Of a stretch of 64,000 nucleotides of DNA, positions 56,051 to 64,000 are shown one piece after another. The stretch lies in the NCBI GenBank assembly GCA_964545855.1, contig CAZJHD010000001.1:3428-67427 (forward strand). The letters run 5' to 3'. The DNA is from an uncultured Planctomycetales bacterium (GTDB lineage: Bacteria; Planctomycetota; UBA1135; JACQFD01). Numbering within the stretch: position 1 is the stretch's first letter; each line of letters opens with the position of its first letter. A program made the position numbers and the translations under genes. The notes below the pieces were generated by a model. The model saw only the letters and a list, made by a program, of their open reading frames with translations, had not been told where the DNA came from and did no database searches.

Positions 56051-56749
56051 ATGTCCCCTTCGTCCGCGACCGAGCGCGCTCCCGCGATCTCCTTCGGTGA
56101 GATCGCGGGCGCGATCGCTCACTCGATCCGCAATCCACTCGCCGTGGCCACGGCGTCCGTGGAGCGCCTCGCACTCCGCCACGACCGGGCCACCTCGGAG
56201 GGAGAGGCCTGCGCCCTCGCCGCCGCGGCGCTCCGCCGCATCGCGCTGCGCATCGACGATCTGGTGGAGTTCGCCTTGCCGCCGCGCGCCGTGGCGCACG
56301 CCGTCGATCTCGCCGCCTGGGCGCGATCCCAGCGCGCGAGGTGGTCGGCGCGCCTCGGTGCGGGCGACCGCTCGCTCGGCCTCGCCCTCGATCCGGCGCC
56401 GCTGCCGGCCATCGCCGATCCGGCTCTCCTCGCGCGCGCCGTCGACCGCCTCCTCGACAACGCCGTCGACGCGTCGTCGCCCGGCGACGAGATCGCGATC
56501 GAGATCCGCGGCAGGGGCTCCCGCGTCGAGATCGCTGTCGTCGACCCGGGCCGCCACTCGAACGCGGACCTCGCGCGCGCCGGATCGCCGTTCTGCCCGT
56601 CCCGGGGCCAAGGTCTCGGGCTCGGCATCCCGCTCACGCGAGCCACCCTCGCCGGCTTCGGCGGCGTCTTCGCCCTCGAGCGCGGCCCGTCGGGCGTGCG
56701 TGCGATCGTCGCGCTCCGCGCGGCCTCCGCCGAGGAGGGAGCGTCGTGA
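56051..56749 (+). CDS. soluble histidine kinase (HisKA plus HATPase_c, no sensor domain)
   Basis: H-box IAGAIAHSIRNPL, N-box LLDNAVDAS, and G-box GQGLGLGIPL. 232 aa with no TM segment. Confidence 0.75.
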   Translation: MSPSSATERAPAISFGEIAGAIAHSIRNPLAVATASVERLALRHDRATSEGEACALAAAALRRIALRIDDLVEFALPPRAVAHAVDLAAWARSQRARWSARLGAGDRSLGLALDPAPLPAIADPALLARAVDRLLDNAVDASSPGDEIAIEIRGRGSRVEIAVVDPGRHSNADLARAGSPFCPSRGQGLGLGIPLTRATLAGFGGVFALERGPSGVRAIVALRAASAEEGAS

Positions 56750-57588
56750 ACCCGATGCGCGTGCTCCTCGTGGACGACGAGATCGCGCTCGCGAGCGCTC
56801 TGGCAACGGTGCTCGCCGAGGACGGTCACGACACCGACGTTGCGACGAGCGTCGCCGACGCGGAGGCGCGCTTCCGCGCGCGCCGCTTCGACGTCGTCGT
56901 CACCGACTTGCGCCTCCCGGACGGGAGCGGCCTCGATCTCCTGACGCGGCTTCGCGCGACGGGCGCGCCCTTCCACGCCGTCGTCGCGACGGGGCTCGGC
57001 GGCTACGAGGACGCCCTCGGAGCGATCCGGCTCCGCGTGGGCGCGTTCCTGACGAAGCCCTTCGCGATCGCGGAGCTTCGCGCGGCGATCGCCGAAGCGG
57101 CGGCGGCGCCGTCGCCGGAGCGCGAGACCTCCGTGGACGCTCGCAGCGCCGAAGCCGGCGTCGGAGACGCGATCGCCGCCCTGGGCGAGCGCCTCGACGC
57201 GCTCGGAGTCGCTCCTGCCGCGCGCCTGCGCGTGCTCTCTCTCGCCGAGGAGTGCCTCCGGAACGCGGCGCGCCACGCGTACCCGGAGGAGCCCGGCCCG
57301 CTGCGCGCGACCGTCGAGCGCGAGGGCGACCAGCTCGTGCTCCGCGTCGCCGACCGGGGATGTGGTTTCGACGTGGCCGCCGCGCTGGCGGAGGCGCTCG
57401 CCGCCGGCCGCGACCGCGATCCGGGCCTGCTCCGTCTCCATCGCGAAGCCGATGGCGTGCGCATCGACTCGCGCGCCGGCCAGGGAACGGAGGTGACGCT
57501 CCGATTCCACGCCGCGCTCGCGAACGCGCCGTGCACCCCGCCGGCGTCCGACCGTGATGGCCTCGCCGTGGCCCTCCTCTGGAGCTGA
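56746..57588 (+). CDS. response-regulator receiver fused to an RsbW/SpoIIAB-like HATPase (anti-sigma serine kinase-like) domain
   Basis: The GTG start overlaps the HK stop (GTGA). REC: VLLVDDE...FDVVVTDLRLPDGSG...LTKP. C-terminus: ECLRNAARHAY...LVLRVADRGCGFD...GQGTEVTLRF. Confidence 0.7.
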   Translation: MNPMRVLLVDDEIALASALATVLAEDGHDTDVATSVADAEARFRARRFDVVVTDLRLPDGSGLDLLTRLRATGAPFHAVVATGLGGYEDALGAIRLRVGAFLTKPFAIAELRAAIAEAAAAPSPERETSVDARSAEAGVGDAIAALGERLDALGVAPAARLRVLSLAEECLRNAARHAYPEEPGPLRATVEREGDQLVLRVADRGCGFDVAAALAEALAAGRDRDPGLLRLHREADGVRIDSRAGQGTEVTLRFHAALANAPCTPPASDRDGLAVALLWS

Positions 57589-57589
57589 C

Positions 57590-58324
57590 ATGGAGCCGCC
57601 GGCCCAGAACGCACCGAAGGCGCCCACGGAGGGAGACGACCTCTTCGATTTCGACGGGTCCGACCCGGGCCCGGCGGCGCTCATGGAGCCCGGCGCCGCG
57701 CCGGCGATGTCGGCGCCGCGCGCCACGACGGGCGCCGCCATCGTCGCGAAGGCCGAGGCGGCCGCGGTCGTCGCCGATGCGGTCGACGCCGGAGTGGCAC
57801 CGATCCCGGGGACGGCGACGGCGTCGCCGCGCCCGCGGCAGCTCCACGCGATCGTCGCGGGAGCCGTCCTGCTGAACGCCATGCTGATCACCTTCCTCGC
57901 GTGGCGGATGGAGTCGAGCACGGCGGCGCTGATGGAATCGCTCGCCGCGCGCGACGCGGCCATCGCGAAGGGACCCGAGGTCGCGCCGGACACGTCGACG
58001 GGCGGCGTCACGGATCCGACTCCGACGGCGCATCCGTCGCCCCTGCGCGACCCCGCCCCGCTGCCGGCCGGCGCGGCGCGGTCTCCGCTCCTCGAGGCGG
58101 CGGAGCAGCTCTTCGCGAAGGGCGCCTGGGGCGCGTCGCGACGCGCCTACTTCGAGGTGCTGCTCTCGCTCCCCGCGGGAACCGAAGGACGCGAGCTGGC
58201 GCGCACGGCCCGACTGCGCATCGCGCAGTGCCTCGCCCGCGAGGCCACGTCGCCCACGTCGATCGTGCATCACGGCGCCGGAGCGGGTGCGCGCCGAGCA
58301 CCGTCCTCCGGAGGCGATCGATGA
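57590..58324 (+). CDS. hypothetical single-pass membrane protein
   Basis: ATG 2 nt after the upstream stop. Ala/Pro-rich N-terminus, TM IVAGAVLLNAMLITFLAW, and a helical C-terminus. No family recognised. Confidence 0.5.
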   Translation: MEPPAQNAPKAPTEGDDLFDFDGSDPGPAALMEPGAAPAMSAPRATTGAAIVAKAEAAAVVADAVDAGVAPIPGTATASPRPRQLHAIVAGAVLLNAMLITFLAWRMESSTAALMESLAARDAAIAKGPEVAPDTSTGGVTDPTPTAHPSPLRDPAPLPAGAARSPLLEAAEQLFAKGAWGASRRAYFEVLLSLPAGTEGRELARTARLRIAQCLAREATSPTSIVHHGAGAGARRAPSSGGDR

Positions 58325-59778
58325 GCTTCCTCGCCCTGGCGGTCCTCGCGGCCGCGTCCCACGCTCCCGAGGAGGACCACGTCGTCGTCGAGCGCATCGC
58401 GGGCGTCGATCCGCCGCGTCTCACGATCCGGGCGGACGCCGCGCCCGTGAAGCGCCTCATGCTGGCCGTCGCCGACGTGGCGGGTCTCGACGCGACGGGC
58501 GTTCCGGCCGACCTCGAGGGTTTCGTCGGACCGATCTCCCTCCTCTCCGTCGCACCCGAGGACGCCGTCGAGACGCTGGCCGGCTCCATCGGCTGGGTGG
58601 GGCGCGTCGAGCGCAATCAGATCCGTCTCGAGCCCGTGCCGCCTCCGACGGACGAAGCCGGACGACAGCGCGTCCTCGCGGAGGCGATCGTCCAGTACGA
58701 GCACTTCCTCGCCATGGCGGGGGACGATCCCCGCGCCGCGGCGGCGTGGCTCGAGCTCGCCGCGCTGCATGAGGCGCGCAACGATCGCGGCCGCGCCATC
58801 GAGACCCTCCGCGCGCTCCGCGACTCGGCGCCCCTCAGCTCCGAGGCCGTCGTGGCGACCGTCCAGACGGGCCGGCTCGAGTTCGATCGCGGCCGCTGGG
58901 AGGAAGCCATGCGGAGCCTCGTCGAGGTCGTCGAGAAGCACGCCACGCACGAGGCGGCGCCCGAGGCGCACGTGCTGCTCGGCCGCTGCCGCCTCGCCAT
59001 GGGGCTTCCGCAGATCGCCGAGCGCTACTTCTCGCGCTGCCTCGACCAGTACCCGGGCACCGACGCCGCGCTCGCGGCGCGCATCTGGCGCGTCGAGGCG
59101 GACCGTCTGCTCGGCCGCATCGATCGCGCCTGGTCGGAGATCGGCGCCCTCGAACGCCTCGACCTCCCGCCCCTGCGAGCCCTGCAGCTCCTCGAGGTCC
59201 GCACGCGCGCGGCCGACGCCTCCGCCTGGTACCGCGAGGCGGCCGAGGGCTGGCTCGTGCTCGCCGCGGCGGAGCCCGATCCGGCGCTCCGCATCGAGCC
59301 GCTCGAGCGCGCGGCCGTGGCGGCTCGGCGCGCCAACGACTCCACGGCGGAGCTCCTCGCCCGCATGGCGAGCCACCCCGACGCCACGGAGCACGCCCTC
59401 GGCACCTGGCTCCTGGAGGAAGACCTCCCGGCGCTCGCCCTGGAGCGTCTCGCCTTCGACCCGCAGGCGCGCTTCCGCGCCGCCATGGATCGCGTGCGAC
59501 GAGGCGACCTCGGCGCGGCGCGGCACCTGCTCGAGCAGGCTCCCGCCGATGGCGCCTGGCGCGAGATCCGCAGTCTGATCGAGGCCGACCTCGCGCTCGC
59601 GAGCGGCGAAGCGGCGCGCGTGCCGCATCTCCTCCGCGAGGTGATCGACGCCTCGCAGGACGCGGCCTTCGTGAACGCCGCTCTGCAGCGCATCGGCAAG
59701 GCCTACCTCGTGCTCGGCGACTACCGCCGCGCCGCCGAGACCTTCCGGGGGATCGTGCCCGAGGAGTTCGAAGGATGA
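58321..59778 (+). CDS. TPR-like repeat protein with an N-terminal small beta domain (STN/secretin-N-like by pattern)
   Basis: ATGA overlap with the upstream gene. Short signal-like N-terminus. ...LTIRADAAPVKRLMLAVADVAGLD...ISLLSVAPEDAVETLAG..., followed by about 350 aa of helical repeats. Confidence 0.55.
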   Translation: MSFLALAVLAAASHAPEEDHVVVERIAGVDPPRLTIRADAAPVKRLMLAVADVAGLDATGVPADLEGFVGPISLLSVAPEDAVETLAGSIGWVGRVERNQIRLEPVPPPTDEAGRQRVLAEAIVQYEHFLAMAGDDPRAAAAWLELAALHEARNDRGRAIETLRALRDSAPLSSEAVVATVQTGRLEFDRGRWEEAMRSLVEVVEKHATHEAAPEAHVLLGRCRLAMGLPQIAERYFSRCLDQYPGTDAALAARIWRVEADRLLGRIDRAWSEIGALERLDLPPLRALQLLEVRTRAADASAWYREAAEGWLVLAAAEPDPALRIEPLERAAVAARRANDSTAELLARMASHPDATEHALGTWLLEEDLPALALERLAFDPQARFRAAMDRVRRGDLGAARHLLEQAPADGAWREIRSLIEADLALASGEAARVPHLLREVIDASQDAAFVNAALQRIGKAYLVLGDYRRAAETFRGIVPEEFEG

Positions 59779-60704
59779 AGGGAGAGATCGGCCTCGTCCT
59801 CGCCGCCGTCGCCGTGGCGTCGCTCCAGACGCGCACGCCCCAGGACGGCGCGGCGCCGCAGTCGCCGGCCTCCGCTCCGGCGGCGGCCACGGCGGGCGCT
59901 CCGTCGGCGACGCCCGTCTCCGGCGTCGATCCCTCCGCACCGAGCACCGGCGACACGGCCGATGCGCCGGTGTCGAGCCCCGTCGCCGCGCCGCGTGCGG
60001 CGGCGCAGGAACCGCAGACCCTCGACGCCCGGCTGCGTGCGATCGACGCGCGCCTCGTGGAGCTGCGCGCGATCGCCGTGCGCATCGAGGCCGGAGAGGA
60101 GATCGACCTCCGCGCCGCTCTCTCGGACCTCGGGGATCCGCCGGTCGACGCCGACCAGCGCACGCGACGCCTGCGCGAGGAGGTCTCGCGGAGGGAGGAG
60201 GACTGGACGCTCGCGCGAGCCGCCCGCGAGAAGGCCCTCTCGGAAGCGCGCACCGTCATGGCGTCGCAGACGCGCATCGGCCCGCGCGTGCCCTCGGGGC
60301 CCTTCTCCCATCCGCTCGCCGTGCCCGACGACTTCCGGATCGGCCTCGTGCACTTCCGGACGCGCGACTACGAGCGCTCGGCGGCGCACCTCGCGCGCGT
60401 CTCCGGCGCCGAAGCGCGCTACTTCGAGGGGCGCGCGCACGACGCGCTCGACCACATCGAGGAAGCCCTCCGTCTCTACGGCGAGGCCAAGGCGCAGGCC
60501 GCCGGCAACACGCGCCTGCTCGGTCTCATCGAGCGGAGCAAGGCGGGCTGCGAGTGGAAGGCGAAGTTCGGCCGCCCCGAGGACCTCGGCGTGGCGCTCC
60601 GTCCCAAGCCCTCGGAGGAAGCGGCCCATCTCGCGGACTCCCTCGGGAAGGACGCGAAGCCGAAGGGGGCCGACACCGCCGGCGCCCACGGAGGTGGACG
60701 TTGA
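59775..60704 (+). CDS. hypothetical secreted protein with a Pro/Ala-rich linker and a coiled-coil segment
   Basis: ATGA overlap with the upstream gene. Signal-like MKGEIGLVLAAVAVASL. LDARLRAIDARLVELRAIAVRIE coiled coil. One TPR-like unit near the C-terminus. Confidence 0.5.
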   Translation: MKGEIGLVLAAVAVASLQTRTPQDGAAPQSPASAPAAATAGAPSATPVSGVDPSAPSTGDTADAPVSSPVAAPRAAAQEPQTLDARLRAIDARLVELRAIAVRIEAGEEIDLRAALSDLGDPPVDADQRTRRLREEVSRREEDWTLARAAREKALSEARTVMASQTRIGPRVPSGPFSHPLAVPDDFRIGLVHFRTRDYERSAAHLARVSGAEARYFEGRAHDALDHIEEALRLYGEAKAQAAGNTRLLGLIERSKAGCEWKAKFGRPEDLGVALRPKPSEEAAHLADSLGKDAKPKGADTAGAHGGGR

Positions 60705-61906
60705 GCTCCGCCGCGCTGCCGCTCCTCGCCGCCGCCGAGCCCGTCCCGGGCCGGGCGCGGTCGTCGGAGTTCCTCGACCTCACGCGGGCGATCCAGGAGG
60801 CGCACGACCGCACGCTGCGGAGGCTCGCGCGCGTGGAGTCGGAGCTCGCGCGGGCGAACGAGCGCCTGCGCGAGAACGTGGCGCAGCTCACGGCCGTGCT
60901 CCAGGCAGCGCCCGTGGGGATCGTGGTGTCGTCCCCCGACGGCACGATCCTGCGGGCCAATCGGGCCGCCGCTCGGATCCTCGGTGTTCCCGAGGGCGAG
61001 CTCGAGGGACGCAGCGCCGACGACGTGCGCAATGCCGACGGGCATTGCCTCCTTCGCGGCGAGTGCGGCGAGCGGGAGGTGCGCGCCCTCGACGGGCGCG
61101 AGGTCGTGCTCTCCCGGACGCGCTCCGACGTGCGAGACGCCGCCGGCGCCGTCGTGGGAGCCGTCGACCTCCTCGACGACCGCACGGAGCTGCGGCGTCT
61201 CGAGCGGCGCGGCCGGCATCGCGAGAAGCTCGCCGCGCTCGGCGAGATGTCGGCGACGGTCGCGCACGAGGTGCGCAATCCCCTGCACGCGATCGAGGGC
61301 TTCGCGAGTCTGATCCTCCGGACGATCCCCGACGCACCGGAGCTCGCGAAGCCGAGGACCTACGCCTCCCACGTGGTGCGGGGGGTGCACGAGCTGAACG
61401 GCATCGTGTCGAACCTCCTCGAGTTCTCGCGTCCCGACCGGTTCGCGCCGGTGCGGCGCGACGTCGCGCGCGTCGCCGCGCGGGCGGCGGATCTCGTCCG
61501 CGCCGGTCTCCCGGCGGAGGACGCGGCGCGCACGCCGATCGAGATCCTCCCGGGCGCACCGGCCTTCGCCGACGTGGACGAGATCCAGCTCCTCCAGGCC
61601 ATCCGCAACCTCGTCGCGAACGCGGCCGAGGCGATGCCCCGGGGCGGCGTCGTGCGCATCGCCGTCACGAACGAGGGCGGCGGCGTCGCCGTCCGCGTCA
61701 CCGACGAGGGCGAAGGAGTCCGCCCCGAGGTGCGCGCGCGCATCTTCGCCCCGTTCTTCACGACCAAGGCCCGCGGGACGGGGCTCGGCCTCGCCGTCGT
61801 GGCGAAGGCGGCGGCCGTCCACGGCGGCAGCGTCTCTCTCGAGCCGGCGGAGCGTGGTGCGAGCTTCCGCCTCTGGCTTCCCTCTTCTCCCCACCATTCG
61901 GAGTAG
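60701..61906 (+). CDS. PAS-domain sensor histidine kinase (NtrB/FleS-like)
   Basis: The TTG start overlaps the upstream stop (TTGA). PAS (APVGIVVSSPDGTILRANRAAARILG). H-box MSATVAHEVRNPL, N-box IRNLVANAAEAM, DEGEGV and GTGLGLAV. Confidence 0.85.
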   Translation: MSSAALPLLAAAEPVPGRARSSEFLDLTRAIQEAHDRTLRRLARVESELARANERLRENVAQLTAVLQAAPVGIVVSSPDGTILRANRAAARILGVPEGELEGRSADDVRNADGHCLLRGECGEREVRALDGREVVLSRTRSDVRDAAGAVVGAVDLLDDRTELRRLERRGRHREKLAALGEMSATVAHEVRNPLHAIEGFASLILRTIPDAPELAKPRTYASHVVRGVHELNGIVSNLLEFSRPDRFAPVRRDVARVAARAADLVRAGLPAEDAARTPIEILPGAPAFADVDEIQLLQAIRNLVANAAEAMPRGGVVRIAVTNEGGGVAVRVTDEGEGVRPEVRARIFAPFFTTKARGTGLGLAVVAKAAAVHGGSVSLEPAERGASFRLWLPSSPHHSE

Positions 61907-61912
61907 CAGCGC

Positions 61913-63316
61913 ATGGCGATCGAACGAGTTCTGGTCGCGGACGACGATCCGCTCGGCCGCGAGTTCCTCGGCGAGGCGCTCCGCCACCTGGGCTACGAGG
62001 TGACGGCCGTCGCGACGGCGGAGGACGCGATCGAGCGGGTCGGCAAGGACGTCCCCGACCTCGTCCTCACGGACTACCAGATGGGCGCCAAGACGGGCGT
62101 CGATCTGCTGAAGGAGATCAAGCGCCGCTCGCCGAGGACGGCGGTCGCCGTGCTGACGGCCTACGGCACCGTCGAGCGCGCCGTGGAGGCCATGCGAGAG
62201 GGCGCGGAGGACTTCCTCATGAAGCCCTGCACGCCCGAGACCCTCGAGCTCCTCCTCGCGCGGATCGAGAACGGCCGCCGGCTGCTCCAGGAGAACGCGT
62301 ACCTGCGCTCCGAGCTGGGCGAGCGCAGCGAGAAGATCGTCGGCGACTCGCCGGCGATGCGCCGAGTGCTCGAGGAGACGGCGCGCGCGGCCCGCTCGCG
62401 GTCGACGGTGCTCCTCCTGGGGGAGAGCGGCGTCGGCAAGGAGCGCGTCGCCCACTTCCTCCACGAGCAGAGCCCCCGGCGCGAGAAGCCCTTCGTGCGC
62501 ACGAACTGCGCGGCGCTCGCCGAGTCGGTGCTCGAGAGCGAGCTCTTCGGACACGAGCGCGGAGCCTTCACGGGCGCCGTCGGAAAGCGCGAGGGACGCT
62601 TCGAGCTCGCCGACGGGGGCACGCTGCTCCTCGACGAGATCGGCGAGCTGCCCATGCGCCTGCAGCCGAAGCTGCTGCGCGTCCTGGAGGAGCAGGAGTT
62701 CGAGCGCGTCGGCGGCTCGAAGACGCTCCGCGTCGACGTGCGCGTCGTCGCGACGACGAATCGAGACCTGGAGGCCGAGGTGAAGGCCGGCCGGTTCCGC
62801 GAAGACCTCTTCTACCGCCTGAACGTCTTCCCGATCCGCGTGCCGGCGCTCCGCGAGCGCAAGGGAGACATCGCCCTCCTCGCGAAGCACTTCCTCGCGC
62901 GCTACGCCGCCGAGAACGGCGCCAGCGTCGACGCGTTCTCGCCGGAGGCGATCGTCGTGCTCGGCGGCCACGACTGGCCCGGGAACGTCCGCGAGCTCGA
63001 GAACCTCGTCCAGCGGCTCGTCGTGCGCGATGCATGCCCGATCGTGCGCGCGGAGGACGTGCTGTCCGACCTGGGCGGGCCCACGGACGCGGCGCCCACG
63101 ACGGCCGCGGCCGACCTGGCGGGCCGGCGCATCTCCGACATCGAGCGCGAAGCCATCGAGCGCACCCTCGTGAAGACGGGCAACAACAAGACGGCGGCGG
63201 CGCGCCTGCTCGGAGTCACGGCGCGCACGCTGTCGAACAAGCTCAAGGCCTACCGCCTCATGGACGCGCGCAGCGCGCGTCTCGCGGCGGTCCAGGCCCC
63301 GCCGCGGAAGGCGTGA
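61913..63316 (+). CDS. sigma-54-dependent response regulator (NtrC family: REC, AAA+ and Fis-type HTH)
   Basis: DLVLTDYQMG receiver Asp, Walker A GESGVGKE, the GAFTGA sigma-54 contact motif, ATTNRDL, and C-terminal NKTAAARLLGVTARTLSNKLK. Confidence 0.93.
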   Translation: MAIERVLVADDDPLGREFLGEALRHLGYEVTAVATAEDAIERVGKDVPDLVLTDYQMGAKTGVDLLKEIKRRSPRTAVAVLTAYGTVERAVEAMREGAEDFLMKPCTPETLELLLARIENGRRLLQENAYLRSELGERSEKIVGDSPAMRRVLEETARAARSRSTVLLLGESGVGKERVAHFLHEQSPRREKPFVRTNCAALAESVLESELFGHERGAFTGAVGKREGRFELADGGTLLLDEIGELPMRLQPKLLRVLEEQEFERVGGSKTLRVDVRVVATTNRDLEAEVKAGRFREDLFYRLNVFPIRVPALRERKGDIALLAKHFLARYAAENGASVDAFSPEAIVVLGGHDWPGNVRELENLVQRLVVRDACPIVRAEDVLSDLGGPTDAAPTTAAADLAGRRISDIEREAIERTLVKTGNNKTAAARLLGVTARTLSNKLKAYRLMDARSARLAAVQAPPRKA

Positions 63317-63330
63317 GGCAGGAGGACGCC

Positions 63331-63705
63331 ATGACGAACCCCATCGACGGCTTCGACCGGAGCTTCGGCGCTCTCCAGCACACGCTCGGCGTGGCGCTCA
63401 TGCGTCATCGGGCGATCCAGTCGAACCTGGCGAACGCGAACACGCCCGGCTATCAGCGCGTCGAGGTGAAGTTCGAGAGCCTCCTCGCGGAGCGCCTCGA
63501 GGGCCGCGATCTCGACGCCGATGCGATCCGCTCCGTCGCGCCGCGGCTCGTGCGCGACACGTCTCCGGGGCGCGCCGACGGCAACAACGTCGCCCTCGAG
63601 CGCGAGTACGCCGACATGGAGCGCAACCGCCTCCAGTTCGAGGCGATCACCGAGATCGTCTCGCTGCGGATCCAGGGCCTGCGCGCCGCCATCACGGCGC
63701 GCTGA
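63331..63705 (+). CDS. flgB: flagellar basal-body rod protein FlgB
   Basis: ATG preceded by GGAGGA. SNLANANTPGYQR motif. 124 aa. C-terminal ...NRLQFEAITEIV. Confidence 0.88.
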   Translation: MTNPIDGFDRSFGALQHTLGVALMRHRAIQSNLANANTPGYQRVEVKFESLLAERLEGRDLDADAIRSVAPRLVRDTSPGRADGNNVALEREYADMERNRLQFEAITEIVSLRIQGLRAAITAR

Positions 63706-63746
63706 AGGCAGAGCCGCGACACCGACCCCATCGAGGAACGAGAACC

Positions 63747-64000
63747 ATGAGCGACGGACCCTTCTCCTCCCTCCAGGTGAGCGCGAGCGCGCTCGGAGCC
63801 GAGCGGCTCCGCATGAACGTGATCGCGTCGAACCTCGCGAACGCGAACGTCCTCGGCACGCCCGAGGGCGGGCCCTATCGGCGGCGTGTCGTCGTCTTCG
63901 AGCCGGTGCTGCAGGGCATCGCCTCGTCCATGCGGCCCGAGGCGTCGCAGGGCGTGAAGGCGCGCGTCGAGCTCGACCGCAACACGCCCCACGAGACGCG
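63747..64000 (+). CDS. flgC: flagellar basal-body rod protein FlgC (5' part, runs off the window end)
   Basis: My own translation from the ATG at 63747 reads MSDGPFSSLQVSASALGAERLRMNVIASNLANANV...PYRRR. It has no stop in the window, so it is absent from the ORF track. Confidence 0.85.
   Translation, partial: MSDGPFSSLQVSASALGAERLRMNVIASNLANANVLGTPEGGPYRRRVVVFEPVLQGIASSMRPEASQGVKARVELDRNTPHET

Noticed and set aside
49693-56174. Long minus-strand ORFs 49693..53139 (1148 aa) and 52938..56174 (1078 aa)
   Set aside because: They run antisense to the sigma, anti-sigma and amidohydrolase genes, which have clear motifs. Their composition is the usual Arg/Gly/Glu shadow.
63250-63330. Sigma-54 promoter (GG-N10-GC) upstream of flgB, for example CGGTCCAGGCCCCGCCG
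   Set aside because: Only the GG and GC dinucleotides match. The other TGGCAC-N5-TTGCW positions do not, and such matches occur by chance at this GC content.

Overview
High-GC bacterial chromosomal segment (roughly 70% GC by eye). It is densely coding, with about 50 supportable CDS. Many are joined by 4-nt start/stop overlaps (ATGA, GTGA, TTGA), so most genes sit in translationally coupled operons. The ORF track prints GTG and TTG starts as M, and most of its long ORFs are Arg/Ala/Pro-rich antisense or out-of-frame shadows of real genes. I trimmed several true genes to internal starts by frame arithmetic.

Content:
- Housekeeping: apt, argS, leuS, mutY, RhlE-like DEAD-box helicase, ABC-F ATPase, mqnD (futalosine pathway), and an orphan PyrK-like reductase.
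- Envelope and secreted functions: a TMTC/PMT-like TPR membrane glycosyltransferase, GT2 plus FkbM methyltransferase, a matrixin-IPT/TIG protease, a GH-D alpha-galactosidase-like protein with an NPCBM domain, three AlgX/AlgJ-like SGNH paralogs, and a C45 peptidase fused to an alpha/beta hydrolase.
- A hipBA toxin-antitoxin pair with an AT-rich palindromic operator.
- A DUF3352-like/DUF1800/DUF1501 triad, followed by an ECF sigma, an anti-sigma and amidohydrolases.
- A regulatory operon of two histidine kinases, a REC-RsbW-like fusion and a sigma-54 activator, running into flgB-flgC at the window end.

I saw no rRNA, tRNA, CRISPR array, transposase, integrase or reverse transcriptase, and no canonical multi-gene defence system other than hipBA.

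Most worth a second look:
1. A lower-GC islet at 26.2-28.6 kb holding a Cys-rich HExxH secreted protein coupled to a membrane-anchored unknown, with an orphan fragment of a paralog upstream.
2. The coupled regulatory operon upstream of flgBC.
3. A 165-bp element with perfect 20-bp terminal inverted repeats, and a 106-bp perfect palindrome.
4. The SGNH/methyltransferase cluster and the neighbouring C45-hydrolase fusion.

All domain calls rest on motifs I could read in the translations. No database search was run.
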